64,000 nt of DNA from Shigella phage Tf, in sequence record OR980947. One strand, given 5' to 3'. Every line of letters begins with the position of its first letter. Position 1 is the first letter of the stretch. The position numbers and the translations under genes were made by a program. Below, one piece after another: positions 16,549-26,917 of this stretch. The notes below the pieces were generated by a model. That model worked only from the letters and a program-made list of their open reading frames with translations. It searched no databases and was not told where the DNA came from.

Positions 16549-16920
16549 ATGAAGTGGCTAGAGGAAGCTTTTAAAAATAATATTGGTGCAATTGTAGTTG
16601 GTATTTTTAGTGTTATCGGAATGTATACCACGATGCAAGTGTCAAGTGGTAAACAAGAGGTGTCTGTCAAAACAAAGTTACAACAGTTGGATAATTACAC
16701 AAGTAGTAACTATTCAGCTATTCGTGATTTACAGTCTGACATTAGACTTATTCAGTTAGGGATGGAGAACCAGAAAGTTCAGTTAGAGAATGTTAAGGGT
16801 GAGAACGCAAAACTTACTAAAACCCTTGATAAATTTTCTGATAGTGTGAACAATCTGGCTCAATCAGTATCAGCCCTCCAAGCTATTACTGAAAAGAACA
16901 CAAAGAATACTGAAAAATAA
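16549..16920 (+). CDS. membrane-anchored coiled-coil protein (possible lysis accessory)
   Basis: N-terminal TM helix IGAIVVGIFSVIGMY then coiled-coil-like sequence. Confidence 0.3.
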   Translation: MKWLEEAFKNNIGAIVVGIFSVIGMYTTMQVSSGKQEVSVKTKLQQLDNYTSSNYSAIRDLQSDIRLIQLGMENQKVQLENVKGENAKLTKTLDKFSDSVNNLAQSVSALQAITEKNTKNTEK

Positions 16921-16926
16921 AATTTT

Positions 16927-16960
16927 AAGGCTCCCGTAAAAAGGAGCCTTTTTTGTTTTT
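16927..16960. terminator. bidirectional rho-independent terminator between convergent gene blocks
   Basis: Hairpin aaggctcc cgtaaaaa ggagcctt flanked by A/T runs on both sides; lies between + gene ending 16920 and - gene ending 16960. Confidence 0.6.
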
Positions 16961-17859
16961 TACTTACCTACTGATAAAGGTGCTTCAATCTTCCCTGCAT
17001 GTTGGTAGTTGTTAATGCCACCAATAAAATCACTTGCAGTAAGATGTTTAAGGTCACTTAGAGTGTTAAGCTGTACACCAATCTCAAAAGTTGGTGCATG
17101 GAACTCTTCGTTGTTCAGTAGTTCATAAACCTGTTTCATGTGGTTCTGATAAATCTGAGTATCTCCAAAGACACCTATCAAGTACCGTGGAGTGTATCCA
17201 GTCATCTTACAAAGAACTTCCAGAATAAAACCGTAAGATGCAATATTAAACGGAAGTCCTAAAAAGGTATCTACTGAACGTTGATACCATTGTAAGTCAA
17301 CTTCACCTTCGTTGGTGATATAAATCTGAAACAGAACATGACAAGGTGCTAAAGCCATTGAGTTAGTTGCAATATCTGCTGCATTCCAAGCATTAACAAG
17401 CATGTAACGGTCTGTGATATCACCTTTCATCTTCGTTACTAAGGTTTCTAACTGGTCTACAACACAACCATTATGACCTTCAAAGTTTCTCCACTGAACC
17501 CCGTAGATTCTCCCACCTGCATCTTCTAACCAGTCTTGTTCAGAAGAATAGTTAGAGCTTAACCATCGTTTAAAATCATCTGACCAGATAGTCCAGCGTT
17601 CTCCATCATTTTCACCCCAAGTACGGTAACGAAGTTCACCAAGCTTATTCTCACCGTTCAGGAACCATAAAGCTTCACCAATAACTTGCCGTGTAAACAC
17701 CTGTTTAGATGTTAAGAGCGGGAAACCAGTACGCATATCAAAACGAAACTGTGGTGGAGCAAATGCAGAGATAACATCTCCAGTTCGTGTAGTACGCAGT
17801 TCACCAACGGATAAAACATGGTTCAGGATATTTTTGTAACTTGAATCTGCTTGTGACAT
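16960..17859 (-). CDS. thyA: thymidylate synthase
   Basis: ThyA motifs: RTGTG-like RTTRTGDVIS, IYGVQWR, active-site APCH; DHFR gene adjacent. Confidence 0.85.
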   Translation of the reverse strand: MSQADSSYKNILNHVLSVGELRTTRTGDVISAFAPPQFRFDMRTGFPLLTSKQVFTRQVIGEALWFLNGENKLGELRYRTWGENDGERWTIWSDDFKRWLSSNYSSEQDWLEDAGGRIYGVQWRNFEGHNGCVVDQLETLVTKMKGDITDRYMLVNAWNAADIATNSMALAPCHVLFQIYITNEGEVDLQWYQRSVDTFLGLPFNIASYGFILEVLCKMTGYTPRYLIGVFGDTQIYQNHMKQVYELLNNEEFHAPTFEIGVQLNTLSDLKHLTASDFIGGINNYQHAGKIEAPLSVGK

Positions 17860-17860
17860 A

Positions 17861-18406
17861 TCAAAAGTGTCCTTTTACTTGTGGAACATAAATTTCAAAA
17901 GTTGCTTTACCATCCTCTGATGGTTTTGACTGTACCTTTGTAAATACACGGTTATCATACAACTTCTCAAAAAAGTTTTCAAAAGGTAAATGCACAGTGG
18001 CCTCTTCAGTAACTTTATGGAAAACAGTATGGAACACCACACTAGCATACGGTAAAGCATTGACAAGGACACCTACACCACCAATTACAAAGACATCTTC
18101 ATCAATAGAGCTATCAAGATACTTTAAAAATGCTCCAAAGGACTCTTTACTAGCCTTAGCATACATTACATTGTCTTTGCCAAAGTCTATGCCTAAGTAT
18201 GGTACAGAATTTGTTAAGATTAGGTTTGCACGTTCTGGTAGAGGTTTACTACCCAGAGTCTTAAAAGTCTCATTACCCATGACTACTAAGTTATTTTTAG
18301 TGAGTCTCTTAAACTCTTGCATATCCTGTTTATGTCGAGGCCACGGCATACCAGTTGGAGTACCAAACTCCCCATTTTCACCACTTGCAAAGATTAATTT
18401 AATCAT
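17861..18406 (-). CDS. frd: dihydrofolate reductase
   Basis: DHFR signature GMPWP...VVMGNETFKTLGSKPLPER; adjacent to thyA. Confidence 0.8.
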   Translation of the reverse strand: MIKLIFASGENGEFGTPTGMPWPRHKQDMQEFKRLTKNNLVVMGNETFKTLGSKPLPERANLILTNSVPYLGIDFGKDNVMYAKASKESFGAFLKYLDSSIDEDVFVIGGVGVLVNALPYASVVFHTVFHKVTEEATVHLPFENFFEKLYDNRVFTKVQSKPSEDGKATFEIYVPQVKGHF

Positions 18407-18663
18407 TTTGTAAATCCTTTCTTAATGAACCAGTTGATAACATTCTTCACAGCTTTATTGCTATAGTAGATAAAATGTGGAGATGGTTGGTATGAACCAT
18501 AAGCCCAGAAAGCGATAATTTCATTACACCCTGTACACCTTGTACTCTCTTCAGCAATATGACCGTTGACTATTTCACTTACCTCACCTTGCAAGTCTGT
18601 ACACCCACAATGTGGACATCGGATAGGTGTTCCATCAGACTCGTAGCAGTGTTCAATTTTCAT
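18403..18663 (-). CDS. zinc-ribbon protein
   Basis: CPHCGC ... CTGCN cysteine pairs. Confidence 0.35.
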   Translation of the reverse strand: MKIEHCYESDGTPIRCPHCGCTDLQGEVSEIVNGHIAEESTRCTGCNEIIAFWAYGSYQPSPHFIYYSNKAVKNVINWFIKKGFTK

Positions 18664-19185
18664 CTATTTAACCTCAAAAACTGGCTCAAGAACCAATATA
18701 AAGTCTACACAGTCATCTTCTTCATCCAGAATACCATCAAAGTTCTTAGGAACGAAGTCGAAGAGGCTCATAACAAAACAGTCAGAAGTAACCCTGATAG
18801 CTCCTCCCATGTTCTCTACAGTTAACACTGTACGACTTTCTTTTACCTCCCTCAGAAGATTACCCACAAAGTCATCTAAGAAGTACTTCATCAGTGACTT
18901 AAAACCTTTAGGGTAATCTGTACCAGAGTATGTTTCAATCTGAGGCACAAGCTTAACATTTATACTAGTCTTTGTTAAGAATGCACTAGAGAACATACTA
19001 TCAGGTAGCTTACAAACAGTCTTTCCAGTACCTTCATGTTCAATCTCAACAAAACCAGCTTCATCGCCACATGTAACTATTTTAAAAGATGCTTCATTCT
19101 CATACTGTGAAGCCATAAACTTTTTAAGCATCACTTTAAGGAAGTCTGCATGAGCATCTTGTAAGTAGATATCAATCATAATCAA
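18664..19185 (-). CDS. hypothetical protein
   Basis: 173 aa ORF in minus-strand operon. Confidence 0.3.
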   Translation of the reverse strand: MIMIDIYLQDAHADFLKVMLKKFMASQYENEASFKIVTCGDEAGFVEIEHEGTGKTVCKLPDSMFSSAFLTKTSINVKLVPQIETYSGTDYPKGFKSLMKYFLDDFVGNLLREVKESRTVLTVENMGGAIRVTSDCFVMSLFDFVPKNFDGILDEEDDCVDFILVLEPVFEVK

Positions 19186-19192
19186 TCACCTA

Positions 19193-19552
19193 TTATGGGA
19201 ACAAGCACTTAATGTCATCGTTTTTGAAAACGAAACTTGTGTAGTTGTGACCATCAACATCCAACCAGACAGCCTGAACATCTACACCATCAAGGTTGTG
19301 GTAAAGCTCTTTGATGAAGTGGTCTTTTACAATCTGGCTGCTAGTTGTTTCCAGCTTAATGTTTGAGATTGCTGAACCTACAGCCATATAGCCCATGACA
19401 CGTTTCTTCTCAGTATGCTTAATCTTACCATCTTTGTAAGCCATAATGAGATTGGAGAGAATCTTCACACCATAATGCTTTTCAAGGTGAGTAGGTACAC
19501 CATAAAAGCCTAATGCAAAGTTTTCAGAGTGGATAATGTTTTCACGTTTCAT
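19193..19552 (-). CDS. hypothetical protein
   Basis: 119 aa ORF in minus-strand operon. Confidence 0.3.
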   Translation of the reverse strand: MKRENIIHSENFALGFYGVPTHLEKHYGVKILSNLIMAYKDGKIKHTEKKRVMGYMAVGSAISNIKLETTSSQIVKDHFIKELYHNLDGVDVQAVWLDVDGHNYTSFVFKNDDIKCLFP

Positions 19553-19553
19553 A

Positions 19554-19883
19554 TTAATCTGCCAACCTTAAATTAAAATTAACACCAAATTTTTCACATA
19601 CTTCCAACATATACTCAAGGGAGACATTACCAGTGAGATGGATTATGTTGGATACACGAGCTTGAGAGATACCACAAATTTTAGCGACTTGCTCTTGAGA
19701 AAGACCTCTGGATTTAATCTCTCTCTTAAAACGATGTGCAACGAAGTCTCTCATTTCGTCTACATCCATTGGACAAATATAACTCTCCATTTCAGCCTCT
19801 CTGTCAGCCTCCCAATCATCTTGTGGAGCATAAGGGTCAAAGAACTCATTCATCTTTCTTCTTCCGTTTGCGTGGAGTATCAA
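19554..19883 (-). CDS. helix-turn-helix (XRE-like) DNA-binding protein
   Basis: HTH motif LSQEQVAKICGISQARVSNI. Confidence 0.45.
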   Translation of the reverse strand: MILHANGRRKMNEFFDPYAPQDDWEADREAEMESYICPMDVDEMRDFVAHRFKREIKSRGLSQEQVAKICGISQARVSNIIHLTGNVSLEYMLEVCEKFGVNFNLRLAD

Positions 19884-20058
19884 TCAATGAATCTATGTTT
19901 GTAGCCCTAACCTTTTCACGTTCATCATTAAGATAATCATCAAGAGCCTTCTCAATCTGTGAATCATCTTGACAGATAACTGTAAAGACTGTAAAGCCAT
20001 CTGTATCGTCAATTATCTTACCATAACCGCTTCTGGGATGTAACTTTTTAAGAGCCAT
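19846..20058 (-). CDS. hypothetical protein
   Basis: 70 aa ORF with basic C-terminus. Confidence 0.25.
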   Translation of the reverse strand: MALKKLHPRSGYGKIIDDTDGFTVFTVICQDDSQIEKALDDYLNDEREKVRATNIDSLIDTPRKRKKKDE

Positions 20059-20059
20059 A

Positions 20060-20443
20060 TCAAATACCTGTGCAGCTTCTGTTTTCTAAGAAATACTCAA
20101 CACCATACATAGCTTTTTGCATCAAATCTTCTTTAAACTGGATACGATGATTGAGCATAGCTTGTACATCAATATCGTCATGGTGTTTCTCTTTGATATT
20201 TGCAGATTGTAAGAAATACTCTGCAAGGACACGATACTGATAGTCAGTTACCTTATCAGTCATCTCTGTTAAAGACTCTTCAGAGATTGGTTTAAGTAGC
20301 TCGCCATTAGCTAGAGCAACACCTTTAACAATCTGACAAGTGTCTTCTGGAACACCTGATAAGTTCACATTTGGAAGTTCTGTTGCATTGACTGGTAAAT
20401 TCATTGCCATAACCATTGCAGCAGATAATAAAATCTTTTTCAT
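20060..20443 (-). CDS. secreted/periplasmic protein of unknown function
   Basis: N-terminal signal peptide MKKILLSAAMVMAMNLPVNA. Confidence 0.35.
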   Translation of the reverse strand: MKKILLSAAMVMAMNLPVNATELPNVNLSGVPEDTCQIVKGVALANGELLKPISEESLTEMTDKVTDYQYRVLAEYFLQSANIKEKHHDDIDVQAMLNHRIQFKEDLMQKAMYGVEYFLENRSCTGI

Positions 20444-20731
20444 AATGACCTCAAAGTTATATTAAATTTTGTATTACGTTGAGTATAAAAATAAGCTATA
20501 ACACCTGACTTGTCAACAGACTTTATAGCTTATTTGGCAGATTTTTTATAAGGCTACTGCCATCCTTCCATACATTACCATACCTCACCGGACCCTACCC
20601 GACCGGGCCTCACCCTGCCTTGCCAAACATCACTTAAAAATCCTCTTAGAAGACTCTTAAGTGATGCTGGTGAGTACCCGTTGGTTTATGCTGCTCAGTA
20701 TACTCACCAAATTTTCTATGTCAACAACTTT

Positions 20732-21836
20732 TTATTCGTAATCTCGAATAACTAACCCAACAGGGAACTGTAAAGACCCCTTACGAGTCATCTTCTGGAA
20801 CTGTACCGTCAAAGGTTTCCCGATAAACTCTTCAGGATGTTCAGCAAGATACTGTTTTTTCTCGTGTGTAGTTTTCCATGAAACATCTACAAAGACGTTA
20901 GGAAGAGTCTCTACAACGAACTTGCCATGACCACGTTTATCAGTCTTTACACCAGTCACTTTAAACTCTTCAGTGTGCATCTTCTTGTGCTTAATCAAGA
21001 AGTATGAACGGTGACAACACTCATAGAAGGAGTCTTCAGAGATTGAACGGTACATTGCACCTTCAAACTGAGCTTCAACCCACTTATCATGGGCTTCATC
21101 AAACTCTTCCCAAGAATTTACACGACGAGACTTAACAGGAACAACTTTACAGCCGTCTCTGAAGTCATTCAATGGTGAAGTCTCGATAATATCTCTACGC
21201 TCAGGCCACGTCTTAGTGCTGTCACAGATATCGTACCAGTAGAACTTAAGTAAGTGTCTGTCAGGATTGTCTTCATTTTTAATCATGGAGACAATATCTT
21301 CTAAGTCCCACCCATGAGCATAAATCTCTCCATCAAATTCATCAACATCTTTGTGGAGCCTTAACATTGCCATAATGTCGGGTATTAGTTCAGTAGGGAT
21401 TTTATAAACAGTATTCTCACGAGAGTATGCTGTGAATACACTACCAATGCTTAAGTGTCTTGAAATTCTACAACGTACACCATCAAGCTTCGGTTGGGCA
21501 TCAGCAGGAAATTTCAAATACTTTGCATGGCTAACCTTTGCAGCATCATGAGCAAGCTGTACACCTACCTTTTCAGTATTCTGTGCAGACTCTTTTGTGT
21601 AAGCATAACCTTTGCGGTCAACCTGCTTTTTATACTTAGCAGCAACTTCAAAGAGAGCTTGCTGTTCAGCGTTACGCTCATTCTTTTTACCGATGTTTTT
21701 AGGTTCTGCTGTATACTCTTCAAACATCATCTTGCCATTTTCTTTACCGTAGGTTGTAATAACTTTGTCACCTACAGCAACGCATGACCAGACGTTAAAA
21801 GAGCCATCTTTATTTTGTTTGTACAGAATTGTCATT
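20732..21836 (-). CDS. ATP-dependent DNA ligase
   Basis: Nucleotidyltransferase motif I KLDGVRC (active-site lysine); T7-ligase-like size; probable ATG start at 21836 with gaggt RBS. Confidence 0.7.
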
Positions 21837-22028
21837 TTTAACCTCTGAGTGATACCAAGTGTAACAAGCATTACATGCGTAAAGCTCTAAGTCATTTTTA
21901 TCTGGTTTATGGAAACAGTTTGACCCACAACGACACCGGAATAGTTTACCATCAACACGAAGAATGAATGTTTCAAGCTCACCATCTTCTGTAAGAACTG
22001 CGTTCTTAAATTTATCTTCTACAGTCAT
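21810..22028 (-). CDS. small zinc-ribbon protein
   Basis: CRCGSNC ... CNAC cysteine motifs. Confidence 0.3.
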   Translation of the reverse strand: MTVEDKFKNAVLTEDGELETFILRVDGKLFRCRCGSNCFHKPDKNDLELYACNACYTWYHSEVKNDNSVQTK

Positions 22029-22231
22029 TTTCTCTTACCACCAATCTCTACGTCAATCACTTGAACATCACCAGCAACATCAAACTTATGAATGATGCTT
22101 TCCACAGTGTAAGTCCAACCCTCGATTCGAACCAACTCACCTTCTCGTGGGACGATTGGGTTACGTTGAGCTACGGTTGTAGTGGAGTGAACAACATCAT
22201 AACAGTAGATATAGTTTACTAGGACTTCCAT
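22025..22231 (-). CDS. hypothetical protein
   Basis: 68 aa ORF, coupled to neighbours. Confidence 0.3.
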   Translation of the reverse strand: MEVLVNYIYCYDVVHSTTTVAQRNPIVPREGELVRIEGWTYTVESIIHKFDVAGDVQVIDVEIGGKRK

Positions 22232-22240
22232 ATCTTCACC

Positions 22241-22495
22241 TTAAAAGAATAAGTCAGATGCTTTTGGGTTGATTAAACTCATGCAGTTTTGAAGCATGGC
22301 TTCATTGTACCCATCTTGGCAAACTACGTAGAGTTTATCGAAAGTTTCTTTTGATACTGGGTAGACTGATAACTCTTGGCATACACTAAGATACCATTCG
22401 TAATCTAAGCCTCTGCTCCAAGCGTCAGCGATTAGGGCTGTAGCTTTGTCTTTGCTTCTGATAACTTCATCAGACTTTTCAATTTTACTGTTCAC
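22241..22495 (-). CDS. hypothetical protein
   Basis: 84 aa ORF, GTG start. Confidence 0.3.
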   Translation of the reverse strand: MNSKIEKSDEVIRSKDKATALIADAWSRGLDYEWYLSVCQELSVYPVSKETFDKLYVVCQDGYNEAMLQNCMSLINPKASDLFF

Positions 22496-22640
22496 GATGT
22501 TCTACCTCTCTGTACGTTCGTCGATAGTATATGATAAGCTGTGCTAACTCGTTGCTTTTAACATCTGAACGTAGCAGTTGCCAATCAAAACCTTTACCGA
22601 CTCTTCCATATAAGCTAAATAATTTTACTTTGCGTTTCAT
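22485..22640 (-). CDS. small hypothetical protein (51 aa, not in ORF track)
   Basis: ATG at 22640 preceded by gggag RBS; MKRKVKLFSLYGRVGKGFDWQ...; stop overlaps next start. Confidence 0.3.
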   Translation of the reverse strand: MKRKVKLFSLYGRVGKGFDWQLLRSDVKSNELAQLIIYYRRTYREVEHREQ

Positions 22641-22657
22641 TTTGGTACTCCCAATAC

Positions 22658-22885
22658 TCAGAGACCAATACTAATACGTTCACCCTTAAGAACTCCAGTA
22701 CGGTCTTTTGCAATCTTCCCTTCAACAATAAGAATGTGTGCAGACCTTAAAGTGTCACTGTTAAAACCTTTTACGAACTTACTAGGCATCACTACAATAG
22801 ACATCTCCTGAATCAAATCTGGAGTGTAGCAATTGTCGTGAAGTTGCTGAATAACGTCTGCAAGTGTCATTTTTGATGTCTCCAA
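22658..22885 (-). CDS. hypothetical protein
   Basis: 75 aa ORF. Confidence 0.3.
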   Translation of the reverse strand: METSKMTLADVIQQLHDNCYTPDLIQEMSIVVMPSKFVKGFNSDTLRSAHILIVEGKIAKDRTGVLKGERISIGL

Positions 22886-23076
22886 TACTCAATGTCAATA
22901 AGTTCTTGTGCAATGCTTTTCAGATTACCTTTCAAGAAAACCTTCTCAGAACCTGAAAGAGATGAATTGTCAATTAACCTGTTCATTCTCTCAAACAACT
23001 TCTGCTTACGATTCTTGATAGTTTCCTTTGAAGCACCTTTCATCATCGCTGCATGGGTTCTTCCACGGTGGCTCAT
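22867..23076 (-). CDS. hypothetical basic protein
   Basis: 69 aa ORF. Confidence 0.25.
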   Translation of the reverse strand: MSHRGRTHAAMMKGASKETIKNRKQKLFERMNRLIDNSSLSGSEKVFLKGNLKSIAQELIDIEYWRHQK

Positions 23077-23127
23077 AAGCCCTCCTATACAAGATATAGT
23101 ATAAGGTACTCTTCCATGAGCACCTTG

Positions 23128-23640
23128 TCAAATTAGTTTTGCAAACTCTCCGTGGAGTTTAATAGCAGCTTCACAGTAAGCTTTATGGGCTTCTTCAGGC
23201 GTGTCAAACATACCAAGATGATAGTTTTTACCTTGTAAACGTATCATTGCTCGAAACCTTTTATTTATCTTCTGTACACCTTTTGGCAACCCAGATAGGG
23301 ACTTTCTTGACCGATTGCAAGAGTTTTGTGAAGCTGTACAAACCCTTAAATTCAAGTACCTATTGTCCCAACCATCCCCATTCTTATGGTCAACCTGTAA
23401 GGTTTTATCAGGCAGATATCCATCAATATACAAGATAACTAAACGATTTGCTTGGTAACTCCTTCCATCAATCAGCAACTGAACTGACTTGTGTCCATCA
23501 GTATTTGTTCTGTAGTTTCCAGCCCTCTTACCTCCAAATCTAGAGTTAAAATTTGCATTACCTTCTCTAAACTTCCAAGTAAAGACCCCTGTTTCGGGGT
23601 CGTAGTCCAATAGCTCCTTAAGACGAATTTCTGTAATCAT
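23128..23640 (-). CDS. HNH homing endonuclease with AP2-like DNA-binding domain (free-standing)
   Basis: LLDYDPETGVFTW N-terminus, HNH core VDHKNGDGWDNRYLNLRVCTASQN, AP2-like GMFDTPEEAHKAY; probable start at 23640 within tracked ORF ending 23679. Confidence 0.75.
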   Translation of the reverse strand: MITEIRLKELLDYDPETGVFTWKFREGNANFNSRFGGKRAGNYRTNTDGHKSVQLLIDGRSYQANRLVILYIDGYLPDKTLQVDHKNGDGWDNRYLNLRVCTASQNSCNRSRKSLSGLPKGVQKINKRFRAMIRLQGKNYHLGMFDTPEEAHKAYCEAAIKLHGEFAKLI

Positions 23641-23650
23641 TTCAACACCA

Positions 23651-24207
23651 TCAATGTACCTCATACCAGCTCTTACCAACCTTACCTGTGCCAGTTACAA
23701 GCGTCTCACTCTTCAAACCTAAATTCTTAGATGCCTGACCATACATCCAGTCAGTTATGGCTTTAACTTCTTGAGTCATACTTTCTGGGCATTCCCAACT
23801 GTTCTCATCGTGGTATGCCAGCAAAAGTCTAGCACCAATTGCTGGTTTCCGTCCATTTAATTTTGTCAACCCTTCTTCACATGCTCTTCTACAAGCAAGG
23901 TTAATTGCCTCGTTCTGAATCTGACTTTCCGAACCCATGAGCAAATAATTCAACAACTTATGTGGAGATTTACACCACAACCAAGCTCCAGCAACCTTTA
24001 CAAAACCCCCTTTAGAGATTGCAGCAGTCTTACCAAACACCTCTTCAAGAGCCTTTTTAGTTGCTTTGTAGTCAGCTTCCAAGTCATCTAGCAGCTTCTT
24101 AATCTTTGGCAAACGCACAAAGTAAGTCTGTTTAGTTAATGCACCTTCCTGAGTAGTGGCTGCCTTAATAGTTTTAGCAAACTTTTCATCACCTGCACCG
24201 AACAATA
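23651..24207 (-). CDS. DNA polymerase (family A), exon 2
   Basis: Begins with motif B continuation LFGAGDEK (T7 pol FLYGAGDEK) and contains motif C YHDE; in-frame stop immediately upstream. Confidence 0.8.
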
Positions 24208-24518
24208 CATCTGGTCAATACACTCGCAAGGTGTACCAGTTCTCTTATGAACTTCTCCGCATTTCTACGGAGTGTCGGACTATATCACGTAGTAGTAATA
24301 CTACCGTTGCACTTGGGAATGGTCATTAGCTTACCACCCTACTCTACTCAGTTCATACATTAAGTATGCTTTTCGATAGTCTCTGAACGTTTCTCTGTTA
24401 GGAATCTCTATAGTTATGTTATTTGCTTTAGGAGTCCTAACAGAGACTTCGCTGCTGATTACCATATCTTTACAGACTTAGGCTTCCAGCAATTCACAAC
24501 GTTTTACATGCGCCACTG
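24208..24518 (-). ncRNA. group I self-splicing intron (ORF-less) in DNA polymerase gene
   Basis: Conserved group I elements on the minus-strand RNA: P gaattgctggaa, Q aatcagcagc, R gttcagagacta, S gatatagtcc; 5' splice after U, terminal G at 3' end; joining exons gives IYALLFGAGDEK. Confidence 0.75.
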
Positions 24519-26694
24519 ACGCATAGATACCATTCTTAGCCTTCTTGCGGCCTTTACTAATCTCATGAAGAAGATTCTCATCCTGAGTAGCTCGACAAGT
24601 CAAGATGTCCTGCTCATCATTCAAGCTAAAGTAAATACTGTTCAGTGTATGTGCATCAGTCCCTGAATAGACAACGTACAGGTCATTCTCAGAGTCATAG
24701 CGCAGGTACTTATCAATCTCTGGGTTGAGGTACTCATCAAAATGTTTACAGTAATAACGTCCATCTTCTTGACGAATAAACTCAATCTCTTCTTTACCTT
24801 GCGTTACCGCTTTGGTGAACTCTTTATCACCCATAAAGTTACAAAGTAGAACTAACTGGGCTGAGTTCATATCAACAGAGACTACGTTGGTTCCCTCTTC
24901 ACAAATCCACACCTCCCTCATAGGTGCTCCATAGACAGCAGCACCAGACGGTACGTTTACAATACCATATTGTGTCATTCGTCCAGTTGAAGTACCAAAC
25001 ACCATTGCACCAGCACTAAGGCGACCATCAGGACGAATCTGGTTCAACCAACCTTTTTCACCATCCTTTGAGTTCTCAATAGTTCTGCGTCGGTGCATCA
25101 AAGTATAGTACTTAGCAATCTTCTGTCCAAGCTCACCTTCAATCGTATCATAAGAAGACTCAGTAAGTTTTGGTGAAGTACGGATTAAGCAAGGTTCAAG
25201 CAAATCTGTGTACTTCTTCACAGACCAGTTATGCTCAATGTACTGTACACCTTCATGTTCAACATAGCTCAAACCACACCGCTCAACCATTTCCTGCCAC
25301 TTAGGATGTTTTGTAATCATCTTTTTATTGTCTTTGAAACGACAAACTTTGACAGGGCGACCGTCTGAGTCTTTCTTGTAGTTCCAGTCATCTGGAATCC
25401 AACCAACTGATTTCAAGTAGTCTTTAACAACTGCTACCTGAGTCATACGAGAAACTTCAAAATCAATTGGTGTATATGGTGCATCAATCAAACCTGTGTA
25501 GCGACTTGACTCAAGTTCAAAGTGGTTAACAACGTGACTGTTATAGTACTTCACAGTTTTAACTGTTTTTACTGGCTTCCAGTCTTTGCATTTCTTACCA
25601 ATCTTTGCATTCAACTCATTGCAAATTGCACGAGCATCCTTCATTGCTACAAAGCCTTCCTTGTACTCTTCACCAGTTACAGAGTTGGTTGGTGTATAGC
25701 AATTTCTCTTTTCAATGTTAAAAATCTTTGTAGTTGGCTTACCAAATGGCTTGATTTCATATGTCTGCATCTCACCGTTACGTACCTGCTGACGATACTT
25801 TGTCTTAGGGTACTTGGTAATTCTTTTCAGTCCATCTGCATGACCAAATGTTTCAACATACTCATTCCAAGCTTTTGCAAACTCTTCTCCAGTGACTTTA
25901 CCTTTGGTCTTAATAGTTGGAGGAAGATGTGGTTCAACTTCTGAAGCAAGCTCATTAGTCAACTTGTCAAGTTCCTTTACATGGAACTCCATAAGTTCTT
26001 TATCAGCTTTCCAACCATTGATAGCCTGTTGACTCATCCAGAAAGATGTTTCTTTAGCTCGCATGTAGGTTTCATAAGTGTCTATGCCACACTTCTTAAG
26101 CTTGAGATACTCATTATCAAGTGCCCGTTTAGTTTTGGCGTTAATACGGATATCTTCTACAACACGAGTGAAGATTTCTGCATTCCACACACCCCAATGC
26201 TCAATCTCTGGTTTACGAACACCAACACGAGCACCCCATGCAGCCAAACCATGAGCACCTTTATAACCCTTTGGAGTTGGTCTATCCATCCACTGAACAC
26301 GAGACTGGATAAGAGAGTCCTGAAAGAAATTACTCCACGGTTTACACTTTGGGTTATCAAAGTTCCATAAATCAGGTGCAATGTGATTGAAAACCCACCA
26401 GTCATAACCGAGACCGTTATGGATGCAAAGACGTTTTGCCTTTAACGCAAATTCAACGCCTTCACGCAAACCACCTTTAATGTACTTGGTATACTTGTGA
26501 CCGAGGATAGGCTCATCTGTAAAGACCCATACAGGCGGCTCTTCATCGTCAGATTTATAGTCTGCGAAAGCCATTACGTGCACTTTAGTGAACTCAAGGA
26601 GTAAACCATCAGTTTCTGTATCACCAACCAAATGTAAGTTTTTAAAATCTACGTTTTCCATTTCTACTCCCTCTAAATCATTAACCTCATACAT
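24519..26694 (-). CDS. DNA polymerase (family A), exon 1 with 3'-5' exonuclease domain
   Basis: Exo I motif GDTETDG; pol motif A VSVDMNSAQL; motif B start RKKAKNGIYA; tracked ORF runs 13 codons into the intron before a stop; alternative start at 26661 with gaggga RBS. Confidence 0.8.
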
Positions 26695-26917
26695 TACTGC
26701 AAAAAATTATAAAAAGCAAGTTGACAATGCACTTGACAAGGTGTTAATCTTTGCGAAGTGGGTTTTTACTTAAAAGGTTACTTAACAGTTTAACTATACA
26801 GATACTTTAAAACTCTTAAAAGATTATTTAAAAGCTTTTAAAAAGCTTTAAAGTATAACGTATAGAATACGTTAAGATAAAAGATTAAAACTTAATAGTT
26901 ACTTAAAAGAGGCTTAC
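26695..26917. promoter_or_regulatory. AT-rich divergent intergenic control region with palindromes
   Basis: Lies between divergent gene blocks; palindromes aaagcttttaaaaagcttt (26831-26849) and aacgtatagaatacgtt (26857-26873); duplicated cttgacaa. Confidence 0.45.

Noticed and set aside
16960-17859. ThyA homolog as a dUMP/dCMP hydroxymethylase (hypermodified bases)
   Set aside because: Canonical ThyA motifs are present and a DHFR gene is immediately adjacent, as expected for thymidylate synthesis; no glucosyltransferase or other modification enzymes are evident. It remains formally unproven.
24208-24518. Split DNA polymerase as an intein insertion or a genuinely two-subunit polymerase
   Set aside because: The gap has in-frame stops (not an intein) and carries canonical group I intron P/Q/R/S elements; the predicted splice restores a continuous motif B region.
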